Below are positions 29,276-41,768 of a stretch of 64,000 bases of DNA, one piece after another. The notes under the pieces are model-generated. The model was not told the DNA's origin and did no database searches. It saw nothing but the letters and a program-made list of their open reading frames with translations. The DNA lies in the IMG/VR virus record IMGVR_UViG_3300013426_000026, positions 1-64,000 of that record; one strand, written 5' to 3'. The position numbers and the translations under genes are program-made. Each line of letters starts with the position of its first letter. Within the stretch, counting starts at the first letter, position 1. The stretch is from a virus (taxonomy: Duplodnaviria > Caudoviricetes).

Positions 29276-30004
29276 ATGGGGAAATCTATTGATATTTCAG
29301 GAAATAAATATAATAGATTATTAGTTTTAAGGAAAACTAATAAGAAGATGGGAACTAATTATTTATGGGAATGTCAATGTGATTGCGGAAATATAACTTA
29401 TGCCTCTAAAAGTGCTTTAGAAACCGGCCATAAAAAATCCTGTGGTTGTTTACATACTGAGCAAAGAAGCGGCCTTGGTAAAAGCAAAAAGAAAGAATTA
29501 AAAGATCAAAAGTTTGGAATGCTAACAGTTATTTCAGAAAGTAATAAACGCAAAGATGGAAGAGTGATTTGGAATTGTTTATGCGATTGTGGAAATACAG
29601 TTGCTCTCACTTCTCATGATTTATTAATTAACAAAAGGAATAATTGCGGTTGCTAGATGGTTAGGTCTAAAGGCGAATAGAAAATTGCTACTATTTTAAA
29701 GCAATATAATATTCCATTTGAATAGGAAAAAATTTTTTCTGATTTAAAATATAATGGAAAAAATTTGCGATTTGATTTTTTCGTAAATAATTAGTATTTA
29801 ATAGAATATGATGGAAAATAGCATTTTATTAAAGATAGTGGTTATGGTTCAGACCTTGAGAATATTTAGAGAAGAGACCGAATAAAAAATCAATATGCTA
29901 AAGAAAACAATATTCCTTTAATTAGGATTAATTATTTAGACTATAATAATATAACTATTAATGATTTGATTTTGAATGGAAAGGAGGAAGTCATTAATGC
30001 ATGA
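29276..30004 (+). CDS. free-standing homing-type endonuclease: two W.C.CDCG repeats plus Vsr-like domain (TAG=Gln)
   Basis: WECQCDCG...SCGC and WNCLCDCG...NCGC, then SKGE, LRFDF and IEYDGK[TAG]HF. Confidence 0.8.
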
Positions 30005-31547
30005 AAGTATTCCTATATCTCCCGTTGAATTAATCAATATGGAACCAACTGATATTTCTCCTTTAATTTCCAAATGTTAGATAAAAGTGTGTTATGTAGG
30101 AGATGGTCCTAATAGGAATAAAAGTATCATAACTAAAGATGTAGCTAAAAAAATGGCCCCATCTTTAAGGGGCGCGGCTATTGTTGGTTATTATAATGAG
30201 TTAAAAGAAGATTATGAAGAACATAATCGTGTTATTGATATTTCAAATGGATAGTTTGATATTAAAGATACTACGTTCCCTTATGGATTCGTAGATATCG
30301 GCGCGAAGGTATGGTTTTAGAAATTTCTTGATGATGGAAAAAATGAACATGAATATCTTATGACTGAGGGATATATATGGAGTGATATTTATCCAGAAAG
30401 TAAACGCATTATTGAAAAGGGCAATAACCAATCAATGGAATTAGACGATAAAAAAATTAAGGCACATTGGTCAAAAGACGAGAATGGAATGCCTGAATTT
30501 TTTATTATAAATGAAGCGATAATTAAGAAACTTTGTATTCTTGGAGAAGATTGCGAACCTTGCTTTGAAGGTGCAAATATTACGGCGCCGTCAATTCACT
30601 TTTCTTTTAGTGATAAATTTAATGAGCAATTATTCTCTATGATGAAAGACTTAAAAGAATTATTAGAAGATAAAGGAGGAACAAAAGTGTTCACAAGATA
30701 CAATGTGGAGATTAATGATCCCATCTGGACTTCTCTTTATTCTTACATTAAAGACTTTGGCACTGGCAATGCGGTGATTGAAGAAGTTTGCGAAGATAAT
30801 GGTAATTTATTTGCCGTTGTTAAGGAAGACGATAAGTTCGTTCGTTTAGATTTTTCTATGAAGAACGATATTTTCACTCCTGGCGAAGTTTCTGAATTAA
30901 CTGATTATACTGTTGCCGAAGAGCCTCAATTCGATCCGGCTAAAGTGGCAGAATTTGTTGAAAATTTTGCGAAAAAAAAGGACGAAAAAGGTAAAGACAA
31001 TAAAGAGAATAATGATAATAATTAGAAGGATAATTCTGAAGAAGAAAATGAATCTACAGAAAATCCTGACAATAAGCCAGAAGATGATTCTAATGAAGAA
31101 GAAGATAAGAAAAAGAAAAAAGTTAAATATTCATTAGAAGATGTTGTAGAATATGGTTTGTTAAAAAAAGATTTTGATGAATTAGAAGCTAAATATAATG
31201 CTTTAGTTTCTGAAAAAGAAAATCTTGATAAAGAACTTGCTTCTCTTTCTCAGTTTAAGAAAAATATTGAGAAAAAAGAAAAAGAAGAAATGATTAAAAG
31301 TTTCTATATGTTATCTGATGATGATAAAAAAGATGTTATTGATAATATTGATACTTATTCATTGGATGATATTGAAGCAAAGCTTTCTATTATCTGTGTG
31401 CGCAACAAAGTAAGCTTTGAATTAGATAAAGGGACCGATACGAATAATCCATTAACTTATAATATTAATGAAGATAGTGGAAATAATGAAGATGAAGTTC
31501 CAGCTTGGTTTAAAGCAGCTCGAGATGTTGCAAAATCTATGAATTAA
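29997..31547 (+). CDS. prohead protease/scaffold protein (TAG=Gln, 516 aa)
   Basis: NRNKS, QSMEL and LCILG..EPCFEGA motifs, then an acidic linker and coiled coil; lies between portal and capsid genes. Confidence 0.75.
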
Positions 31548-31572
31548 TTATAAATAAGGAGGAAAAACTTAT

Positions 31573-32346
31573 ATGCTTTTAAAAGATATGCTTAAAGACG
31601 TAAGTGGCGTGTCTGCTGTTAAGGGCGGTTATGTTGAATTTGGTTATGGCCAGGTTGAACCCAACCACTTAAGCGCGCAACGCACTGGTTAGATTTATGC
31701 TCAATTACCTGCTAATAAGAATATCCAGCTCCTCGAAAATGGTCAGTTCGTTAAGTATGACTATGCTGCTGGCGATATTGGTGAAGTTGATTTCGTGGGT
31801 AAAGGCGAATGGATGCTCGTTTATAATGAGATTAAACTTTATCGTGAAGAACAGGCTGATTGCGAATTTGCTATGCGCAAAGATGATTATCAGGCTCGTT
31901 ATTACAGCCCCTATGATGGTCAGCCTCAAGCCGATAAGCAGGCACGTTATTTGAATGGTAAGGACGCTGCGGGTAAGACGTCTATGACTATTACTGATAG
32001 CCAAGGCGTAGAACATACTTATGAATATGATGATGTCACTGCTGGTCCCGATATTCGTGAACTTTTCTATGAGGAAGATCCTTTCCACTTCCCTGGCAAG
32101 TATAATGCTCGTAGAATGCCTGCTGGTACTACTATGGTTCCTCGTGTCTTTAAGACCAATGTTGGTGATATTTTTACTACTAATACTATTGCTGAAACTA
32201 CTTTAGCGGTTGGCGATGTTTTAAGTCCCCGCGCTGCTGATGGTATGCTTTCTAAGTCTGGTGATGGCTCTATTCAGTGGTAGGTTGTTAAGGTTTATGA
32301 AATGCCCGATCATCAGAAGGGCGTTAAAGTTATGAGAATTGCGTAA
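31573..32346 (+). CDS. putative capsid decoration/stabilising protein (2 TAG, 257 aa)
   Basis: strong RBS; GYGQVEPNHL and ENG.FV motifs; directly upstream of the major capsid gene. Confidence 0.65.
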
Positions 32347-32363
32347 GAAAGGAGAGAAGTATA

Positions 32364-33497
32364 ATGTTAGATAGAAAAAATCTTGTTCAATTAATGAAAA
32401 CTGTAGCTAAGGCCGATCCTGCTTCTCCCGTTGCTTACAGTTATGGCGGTGAAAGTCTTTCTTATGAAGCTCTTAATGAAACGCTTCGTAGAGAAATGAA
32501 TGAACTCGCTGGTACTTATTCTCTTTATCGTGAAAATAAGAATTTAATTTATTCCATGATTGAAGAGACTATTGATGAAGTTCTTCCCAAGAAGGTTGAG
32601 GAACAATATAATCAGTTCGCTGAAGTTAAGACTTTCAAGCAGGGCGATAAGCCTATCTTCCGTAGAAAGTTCAGCAACAATACTCGCGCCAAGCAGTTTA
32701 TTACTCGCGTTGGTCTTGCTGGCATCTATGAAGTCTTTAAGCTTGGTAAGAACGAAGAAAGCTTTGAAGTCCGTACATCTGCTATCGGCGGTGCTGCCCA
32801 GATTGGCTTTGAGGAATTCCTTGATGGCCGTGTTGATTTTGGTACTGTAACTCAGATTATCATGGAAGGTATGGATGAGCTTATTTATAAGGAGATCGCT
32901 GGTGCCCTTAAGGCTTCTATCAATCAGCTCCCTCCTGCTAACCGTGTTGTTGGTAATGGTTTTGATGAACCCGCATTTGATAAACTTCTTATGATTGCTT
33001 CAGCTTATGGTACTCCTACTATTTATTGTACTTATGAGTTTGCTGTTCGTATGATTCCGAAGGATGCATGGCGTTATACTGAAGCTATGAAAAATGAGCT
33101 TTGGAATACTGGTCGTCTTGCTTCTTATAAGGGCTATAAGGTTGTTATTCTTGAACAGGGCTTTGAAGATGCTACCAATGAAACCAAGGTTATCGATCCT
33201 GGCTATGCTTGGATTATTCCTACTGGTGCTGATAATAAGCCTGTAAAAGTTGCTATGGAAGGTAACACCATTGTTGATGAATATACTAACTATGACCGTA
33301 GTCGTGAAATTCAGGTTTATAAGAAGGTTGGCGTTATTGCCATGTTAGCTAACAACATTTGCTGCTATTGTGATACTGAACTTCTTGGCGATATGAAGAC
33401 TTGGCATCTTGATGGCGTAACTGGTAAGGTCCGTGACTATGCTGGCCAGCTTACTGGTTCTCATGATGTTGATGGCGGTACAGTTGATAAGCCGTAA
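32364..33497 (+). CDS. major capsid protein
   Basis: 377 aa, strongly biased codons, no TAG; position after protease and decoration genes; terminator downstream. Confidence 0.8.
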   Translation: MLDRKNLVQLMKTVAKADPASPVAYSYGGESLSYEALNETLRREMNELAGTYSLYRENKNLIYSMIEETIDEVLPKKVEEQYNQFAEVKTFKQGDKPIFRRKFSNNTRAKQFITRVGLAGIYEVFKLGKNEESFEVRTSAIGGAAQIGFEEFLDGRVDFGTVTQIIMEGMDELIYKEIAGALKASINQLPPANRVVGNGFDEPAFDKLLMIASAYGTPTIYCTYEFAVRMIPKDAWRYTEAMKNELWNTGRLASYKGYKVVILEQGFEDATNETKVIDPGYAWIIPTGADNKPVKVAMEGNTIVDEYTNYDRSREIQVYKKVGVIAMLANNICCYCDTELLGDMKTWHLDGVTGKVRDYAGQLTGSHDVDGGTVDKP

Positions 33498-33532
33498 TTT
33501 TGACAATTACTAAAAATTAATATATAATATTT

Positions 33533-33572
33533 TTAGGGGAGAGTGGGGTATTCCCCTTCTCCCCCTATTTTT
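33533..33572 (+). terminator. intrinsic terminator after the major capsid gene
   Basis: TAGGGGAGA...TCTCCCCTA followed by a T run. Confidence 0.75.
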
Positions 33573-33598
33573 GTTTATGAGTAAAAGGAGAAATAAAT

Positions 33599-34174
33599 AT
33601 GGGAAATAATAATAATGCAATGATTACAGTATGTAATCGTAGCGCGGGCATGGTAGTATATAATATTCATGATACTGGAGTCCGTAGAGAATTTATGCCG
33701 GGTGAAGTAAAAAAGGTTCCGTATAGTGAATTGCAAATGCTTGCTTATCAAAGTGGCGGACGCACGTTAATGGAAAATTTTTTACAAATTACTGATATTG
33801 AGGCTGTTGATGATTTAGGAGTTAGGACAGAACCGGAATATTATCTTGATGAACAGGGTGTTATTGATTTATTAAAAAATGGTTCTCTTGATAGTTTTCT
33901 TGATTGCCTTGATTTTGCACCTATTGGAGTAATTGATTTGGTAAAACAGTATGCTGTTTCTCTTCCTTTAGACAATTATGATAAGAGAAAAGCTTTAAAG
34001 GAAAAGACTGGTTTTGATGTTGATAAGGCTATCGCCAATTTGGAAGCTGAAAAAGCTGATACTGATGAGCAAATTATGTCAAAAGCCCCAGAGCGTAGAG
34101 TAAAGCCGGCTACAGAAACTGTTCCTGCAGGTCGTAGAGTTGCTCCAAAATATAATATTGTAAAGAAAGATTAA
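33599..34174 (+). CDS. hypothetical head-associated protein
   Basis: 191 aa, AAGGAG RBS, no TAG. Confidence 0.75.
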   Translation: MGNNNNAMITVCNRSAGMVVYNIHDTGVRREFMPGEVKKVPYSELQMLAYQSGGRTLMENFLQITDIEAVDDLGVRTEPEYYLDEQGVIDLLKNGSLDSFLDCLDFAPIGVIDLVKQYAVSLPLDNYDKRKALKEKTGFDVDKAIANLEAEKADTDEQIMSKAPERRVKPATETVPAGRRVAPKYNIVKKD

Positions 34175-34193
34175 TTTTTTTGGAGGGTTTTAT

Positions 34194-34805
34194 ATGACAT
34201 ATTTTTTTGAAATTTATGAACGTTTTTTAGGTAAAATTACAGATGATATGTATTTAGAACTTACTCCTCGTGATACTTTAAGAGATTTGCGCCAATTATT
34301 AATAGACAGTATACCGGGTTTTGAATTTCCGCGAAAAAGGCTAGATTACACTTTAGTTAGTGATGATGCACCTTCTTATGTAGTCGGACGAATTGATGGT
34401 GGAGATTTAGATTTACCATTGGGCGGAGATTTATCTAATGAAGTTCGTGGCGCAAATATTGATATAGATGATGCTTTTTAGGAGATATTCTCGAAGGAGA
34501 ATACCTCCTATTTTAATGCCGATTTGGATGATGAAGAAATTAATATTTTAGCTTTGATTATGGTTGAAGCTTGGGTAGAACGTCAATTAGCATCTATTGA
34601 AGTTACTCGTATGAAATATTCAGGGACTGATTTTAAATTTACTTCACAAGCTAATCATATGTCAAAATTATTATCATTGAGAACAGAGGTAAGACGGCAA
34701 GCATTTCATATGTAGAGATTATACAAACGTCGTAAAACTGATGAAGATGGATATATCCGTTCCAATTGGTCAGTATTAAGGGAGGTAAGTGCCCTTGATG
34801 ACTAA
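34194..34805 (+). CDS. putative head-tail adaptor (TAG=Gln)
   Basis: joins track ORFs 34194 and 34524; DF..TSQANH motif; position in the operon. Confidence 0.65.
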
Positions 34806-35097
34806 ATATAATTTTAATATTGATAATGATTTAATTAATACTAATATTAATAGATTAACTAACCAAATTTGGAAGTTAATTCCGATGTGGGAAAACCATG
34901 AGGATTGGCGTAATTAGTTAGAAACCGTGTTGGTTGAGTTGACTGGATTAAATGAATTATTTAATTTTAATGGGCAATATTTAATTCTTTTAAGCAAATT
35001 AGAAGGATTAAAAGTTTATGCTATTGATTTCTTAATTTATAGAAAAACTGTTTTTGAAGCAATTACCTTATTAAGGGGGTTGCGCATTGAAGAATAA
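34798..35097 (+). CDS. hypothetical virion morphogenesis protein (1 TAG)
   Basis: GGAGGT RBS; overlaps both neighbours; 99 aa. Confidence 0.65.
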
Positions 35098-36085
35098 TGA
35101 ATATCTAAATAGTATGTATTTCCGCGTTCCTAAAGCTAATATGCTCACTCGATATTTATACACTAATGGAGTGACTGGCCAATAGGATAGAATGATTAGA
35201 GATAAACGCAAGTCTTTAAGTCGGGCTTTATTATATTCTTATCAAGCTGCCGAAGTAAAAAAACTTTATGACGAAAATGATACTATTGAACGAAGAGCAT
35301 TGATTAATCCTAATAAAGTAAAATAGGACTATGATGAAAAGATAATTTCTATAGGTTCTGAAAGTAATTTTAAAACTGGTGATATTTTTCAATGGCTTGG
35401 TACTAATACTTATTGGTTAATCTATTTACAAGATTTAACTGAATTAGCTTATTTTCGTGGTAATATTAGACGTTGCTCTTATGAGATTGCATGGGAAGAT
35501 GAAGATAGAAATTATCATCGGACTTATGTGGCTTTGCGCGGACCAGTAGAAACAAAAATAAATTATATTCAAAAGCATGAAATCAGTGTAGATATTCCAA
35601 ACCATTCTTTAAATATTTTACTACCTTACAACGAAGATAATGTAAAATTATGTTAGCGCTATAATAAATTTTATTTATAGGATGATCCTAATAAAATTTG
35701 TTGGCGTATTGAAGCAACAGATTTATATTCTACTCCTGGTATAATAGAGATTAATGCCGTTGAATATTATTCTAATGAAACTGAGGATGATATTGAAAAT
35801 GGTATTGTTGGTGGTAAAATTGAACCAATAAAAAGTCCAAATGATAGTACAGATAAAAATATTATTGGTGATACTTTTATTAAACCTAAAGTAGTTTATG
35901 AATATAAATATGAAGGCTCTCAAGGCGGAGAGTGGAAATGGGATAATAAATTACCATTAACTGTTAAAGTCGATAAAGATACTAATGTTTTAAAATTACG
36001 CTGGGAAACTACATATTCTGGGCAATTTACATTATATTATAACGCTTCAGAATATAAAACTATTGTGGTTGAATCTTTATTTTAA
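35087..36085 (+). CDS. putative head-closure/neck protein (TAG=Gln)
   Basis: frame open to TAA36085 with TAG readthrough; exact start uncertain. Confidence 0.6.
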
Positions 36086-36106
36086 AAATAAAGGAGAAAA
36101 TGGAGT

Positions 36107-36697
36107 ATGAAGATTGATAATGTAAAAAATCCAGAGTCTGCATTTTTGGCTCAAGAAAAAGATATGCGCATTATAGTTGATCGTATGGCCGCGAATCAGC
36201 GCTTGCGCAAACTACTTTATTATACTACAGCCGATGCTTTAAAACGTCCCGAAGTAAGTGATAAATTATTTGCGGAAATGTTTGGGAAAAATATTAAAAA
36301 TTTACCGAAACTTTATGTGGATAAAGATGTATTAAATTACATTGTTATTAGTTTTGATAATTTTGCTCCTAATGGAGAAAATCCCGAATTTAGAGATAAT
36401 ACTATTGAATTTGATATTGTTTGTCACTATAGCTAGTGGCAATTAGCTGATTCTTTTTAGTTAAGACCTTATCGTATTGCGGCGGAATTAGATAGTATGC
36501 TAGATAAAAAGCACTTAACTGGTATTGGACAATTAAATTTCATTGGCGCATAGCAAATTATATTAACTGATGAATTTGCTGGACTCTGTTTATTATATGA
36601 TACTATACATGGAGGAGAAGATAAAAAATTTATGCCTAATCCTGTGGACGAACAAATGTTTATCGAGGATTATTTTAAAATGCCTAAGATGAATTAA
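36107..36697 (+). CDS. putative tail terminator/completion protein (TAG=Gln)
   Basis: FDIVCH..QW...RPYRIA.ELD; position before the tail tube gene. Confidence 0.6.
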
Positions 36698-37431
36698 TGG
36701 ATTACAGATTAGGTTTAATGTGTGGAATTGATTTACCAATTCCCGATATTCCTTTAGTTATTCATTAGCCTAAAATAAAGGAAATAGCATTAATTGGCGA
36801 GAAAGAATTTTTTATTGGCGCTCAATGTTTATGTATTAATAAAAATAGTATAGTCGCGTAGGACAAAAATGATTTAGGCACTACTACTAATTTTTAGATA
36901 TTTATGATGGTAATGCTACAAAACGATAAAGCGGATAGAAAGAAAGCCACATCTTAGGTATTATCATTATTATTCCCTAATTCAAAATCTATTTTTACAC
37001 CACGTTCTATTATTTTATAGTTTTTAGATAACGAATAGTAGATATTAATTGACGAAAATAATTTTGATTTAATTTAGTAGGTAGCAAGACAAATTTTTTG
37101 TTTTGATACTAATAAAAATGGGCAAGATAGTTATAATCCTGCTAACAAAAAAGCTCAAGAGATAGCTAATAAATTAATGAAAGGGCGTCAAAGAGTTGCC
37201 GAACTTAAAGGGGTTACCGATTCAAGCGTTTTGAGCCAATACATTTCATCATTGACTATTGGATTAAATTCAATGTCGTTGGAAGATTGTATGAATCTAA
37301 CATTATATTAGTTATATGATTTAATAGAAAGATTCTCTTTATATACTAATTGGGATATAGATATGAAGAGTCGTTTGGCAGGAGCTAAGTCTGATAAAAA
37401 GCCCGAAAATTGGATGAAAAATATCCATTAA
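36697..37431 (+). CDS. hypothetical tail-region protein (TAG=Gln, 244 aa)
   Basis: TAATG-coupled start; open to TAA37431 only with readthrough. Confidence 0.65.
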
Positions 37432-37448
37432 AGAAAGGAAGAGTAATA

Positions 37449-38234
37449 TTGCCAATATTACCGGAACATAAGGAGATTCTATTGACATAGAGCAATAGTA
37501 AAACTTTGCCTGAATGGTAGCAATTTTTTAATAATTAGTATACTAAAAATTAGATTTATAGTTTTTGTTATCATAATAAAAAACCTATAAAAAAATTAAC
37601 TCAATAGGAGTTAAGTATTAAACAAAGTTAGAATGCTCGAAAGTACAATATAAATAAAGATTATTTTAAAACATGGAGTCATAATATGGCCTATGTTTTT
37701 GGCTTTTGGTGCGCTGATGGATGTATTTATAGTGGTAGGTTATTTGATATAACTATTCATAAGAAAGATAAGTATTTAATTAAAAAAATTGCGAAGGAAT
37801 TGGGATATGAGGGACCTTTATATGATTATGTAGATCGCCAAGCTTCAAGATTAAATTTTAGTTGTAAAGAAATTTATGATGATATAATTAATCTTGGTGG
37901 CGTAGAAAATAAAAGTAATATATTAGAGTTTCCTAATATACCTAATGAGTATTTACCCGATTTTATAAGAGGATATTTTGATGGTGATGGCTGCATTACG
38001 AACTTGAAGGGTGGACGCGTTAATAGCGTATTTACTTCTGGCAGTCAAAAATTTTTAGAAAAATTACATCAAATTTTAAAAGAGTATGCCGGTGTTATTG
38101 GAGGCAGTTATGATGTTTCCAGTCAATCATTACGTTTTGGCAAAAAGGATACTTATAAAATTGGTGAATATATATATAGAAATAACCCTGAGTTATTTTT
38201 ATTAAGAAAAAAACAAAAATTTTATAATTTTTAA
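37449..38234 (+). CDS. free-standing double-motif LAGLIDADG homing endonuclease (TAG=Gln in the N-terminus)
   Basis: AYVFGFWCADG and DFIRGYFDGDG motifs; AAAGGA RBS before TTG37449. Confidence 0.85.
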
Positions 38235-38251
38235 AGGAGGAAAATATACCT

Positions 38252-39575
38252 ATGAAATTTGGTGTGAATCGCTTGCACTAATATACCCTATCCTTTATCA
38301 AAGGGGTTTGTTTAAATAACAAGCTAACGGGGAATGTCCTTAAGAAGGAAGAATCCCGTGTCATGTTTATTTTATAATAAACGCGATGTAGAGACTAAAT
38401 ATTTTAATCAATATTGTAAGTCCACTATTGATACGTGGGCTGAAAAGGGTATAATAATGGCTTTGACCATTATTAAGAGATAGTCCATAATTTAATAATT
38501 ATGACGCGAAATATGCGATGTAGTATTAAAAGCTCGTGCTCCTATGAAGGTTGGTAATAAAGTTTTCTATGCTAATGAGCCTGTTCTTTATTTCGATACG
38601 TTAAAAACTTCTAGCCTTGAAGGCGCTTCTACTACGGTTTATGCGCAAGGTGGTCGTGGTAATGCTCGTTTAGTTGCATGGGATGGCGACCGTACTTTAA
38701 CGTTTACAATGGAAGATGCTCTTATTTCGGCGGAAGGCTTTATGATTCTTGCTGGCGCCGGTCTTATTGATGCTTCTAAGCAGAATACTATTAAACAGCA
38801 TGTAACCGAAAAGACTACGGCTGTTGTTCTTGCGGAAGACAAGAAGAGTGTTCAAATTTTTACCAAGAATTTACCTTACGAGCAGATTGATGCTACTACT
38901 GGTGCGCACAAGGGTGAATTCTATATCTATGCTATGCGTGTTGACAATGATGAGCCTGTAACTGAGCCTTATCTTCCTACTGTTATTCGTCAGGCTGAGG
39001 AAACCACTAAGCCTCAGAAGTTCTATTTTGATGAAGACGAAATGAAGTATAAGACTTGCACTGACGCTGAAGCTGAGACTAAGGCTAAGGCAGGTGTCCA
39101 GATTTATTATGGTCTTCAGATTAAGGAAATCACTTCTACTTATAGTATTGTAGATGAAACTGATGCCGATGCCGAACATAAGATGGAACTTTTTGATGGT
39201 GCGGTTGTTCTTCTTGATTATTACATCGAAAGAGCAAGTAAGGCTCGTCAGATTGAAATTACTGCCGAATCTTTTGGTGGCAACTTCTATCTTGAAGCTT
39301 CTACCTTATTCCGTACTCAGGATGGCGTTGATCTTCCTGCGGAATTTATAATCCCGAATTGCAAGATTCAGTCTAACTTTACCTTTAGTATGGCTGCTAC
39401 TGGTGATCCTGCGACTTTCACTTTTACGCTTGATGCTTTCCCTGGAACCACTCGTTTCAATCCTACTAAGAAAGTGCTTGCTGCTGTTCAGATCATTGAA
39501 GATATTGATAACGATAGTGTTTATCGTACTCAGACTATCCATGATCCGGCTCATGACAGCTACTTTGATATTTAA
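38252..39575 (+). CDS. major tail (tube) protein, spliced (38252-38265 + 38504-39575; 361 aa)
   Basis: AAGGAGG RBS; splicing gives MKFGVREICDVVLKA; GGRGN..L..W and IPNCKIQSNFTFSMAATGDP; no TAG. Confidence 0.8.
38266..38503 (+). ncRNA. compact group I intron without ORF (238 nt)
   Basis: P1 UUUGGUGU/GCACUAAA with U.G; P CTAACGGGGAA, Q AATCCCGTG, R GTAGAGACTA, S AAGAGATAGTCC; terminal G. Confidence 0.88.
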
Positions 39576-39730
39576 TTATGATTATTAGTTCTAATGCTCC
39601 AAGACCTATTAAAGCATCTGAAGTAGAAAAAGTCGTAATTAAAAAGTCAAAGAAAGAGAATAAAGTTTCTCAAGAAAAAGAGAATAAAACTCCTCTCACA
39701 GAGGATGAACTTATTGAAAAGATTATTAAA

Positions 39731-39760
39731 GGAGAGGGTTAATCCCTCTCCTTTTTTTTA
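39731..39760 (+). terminator. intrinsic terminator after the tail tube unit
   Basis: GGAGAGGG-TTAAT-CCCTCTCC followed by a long T run. Confidence 0.8.
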
Positions 39761-39781
39761 TTTTGTGCAAAAGGAGATAAT

Positions 39782-41014
39782 ATGATAACTAATGTTGATA
39801 AAAATAAATTAGCGCGACGAGCTAATTCAGACCCTTCTAGATCAGTCAATACTTTAGTCTATTTAAAAAATATTTATGATAGTATGTTATCATCCATACC
39901 TGCCAAATCCAGAAAATAGGGTAACAGCAAAGATACAAATGCGCAAATATTAGAAAATTTTTTAAATGGAATAAAGTATATGCAGATGCATAATGATGAT
40001 AACGGCAATCCTACTATTGATGGGTATTAGAGTATTTTAAAAGAGGTCGAACAAGAATCTTTTAATTAGCTGCTTAAGAATATGGTAGAGATTAATCCTT
40101 CCTTAGCTAAATATAAGTATTTTACTTGGAGCGCGGACAGAGATAATGGGATTGGCATTCAAAAAGGTATTGATAGAGCGAGAGATGCATTATTAAAAAC
40201 TATACATACCGCCACGATGATAGATTAGTATAATATTACATCATCTAAAGGGTTAAAAGCAACAAAGCAAGATTATAAAACATCAAATTCTTTATTATAG
40301 ATGTCTATGACAATTCCAAATTTAGATTTTAGTAATATAGCTGATAATATAGCGCGTGATTTAATTTAGAATTAGATTTATGAAAAAATGGGATTGAGTA
40401 AACCAATTGAAAATACAAAAACTCAAAATGGTATTACCACGCATTCTTCCGCTTTTGGAGCAATCACAAATGTAGGATTAAGTGCGGAAGTTTAGTATAC
40501 AAGTAATTCAACTGTTTTAAATTAGATACTAGATGCTTTAACCGAGGCTACTTTTACCACCGCTTATAAAGCAATAGCACCTAAAATGAATTTTTAGATT
40601 AACGGTATAAATCCTTATTTAGTTTTTATGAATACAGCTCCTGGTAATAGTATGATACGTAGCGGCAGATATTATAGAATGTTAAATTGTTTTGATAGAC
40701 ATGATGGCGGCGACCCTGACCATTCTGAGGCTCCTAGTTATTTTTATAGAATATAGCAAATTTATGCTTTAACAAGATGGAATAATAATTAGATTATTAG
40801 AGATTAGATATTGCAACAAGTATTAGGTAATTAGATGTTTAGCGCAAAATATTTAGTTGTTAATGACCCTAACGCTGATTAGATAAAAGTATATTCTACC
40901 ACGGATATAGTTAATGATTATTTGAGTGATTTAAATATTATGGGTAAGCTTAAAAAGTCATAGAGAGTTGATAAAGATTAGGCTTTATCCGGAAATATTA
41001 AAATAGAATTTTAA
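39782..41014 (+). CDS. hypothetical tail-region protein (TAG-rich, 410 aa)
   Basis: AAGGAG RBS; start and TAA stop are in the same frame; invisible in the standard-code track. Confidence 0.65.
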
Positions 41015-41130
41015 AAATTTTTTTGACTTTGAAAAAATTTTTTGTTATAATATATTTATAAAGAAATGAAAATTAAAAAATTTACTTAAATGTAAAATTT
41101 TTAAAATATAATAAAGAGGGAGATGAAGTA

Positions 41131-41658
41131 ATGGCAAAAATAGCCTTTACAAAATTATAGCTCCAGAAGAATAGTGATGTTAGAAATTGGCAAGTTAATG
41201 AGTAGACTATAGAGGTAAAATAGTATCTGCCAGTAGAACAAAGAATAGAACTTGCTAAACAGGTCATTCAACAAGTTATTGATTTCAATAATGACTTTTT
41301 GAATGAATTCGCATTCCATGTATATATGGATTTAGCGATTGTATTTAATTATACAAATTTAACTTTTACTGACAAACAAAAAGAAGATTTGTATAAGCTT
41401 TATGATTTACTTGCCGGTTCGGGCTTTATTGTGGAATTGAAGAAGCAAGTAGATTGTAATCAAACTGATGACTTGGAAGTATATATCTATGAGACCTTAA
41501 ATAGCTATTATAAATATCGTAATAGCGTTTATGGTATTATGAATACTATGAGTCAAGATTATGGCTCTTTAGCGGAAGACGCAGAAAGATTAAGAGCTGA
41601 TCTCACTAATCCTAGTTCTTTAGGAATCTTAAAAGAAACTTTAACCAAATTAGGATAA
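41131..41658 (+). CDS. putative tail assembly chaperone (TAG=Gln)
   Basis: IEVKQYLP motif; directly precedes the tape measure gene; TTGACT-17-TATAAT promoter at 41022-41050. Confidence 0.65.
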
Positions 41659-41768
41659 AGTATTTAAAGGGTTTCCTAAATTAATTAGGAATATGTAAGG
41701 GTATGAGGATATTCCTCATACCCTTTTACTTTTATATAAATATTATAAAGAGAGAAAGGAGCAAATTC

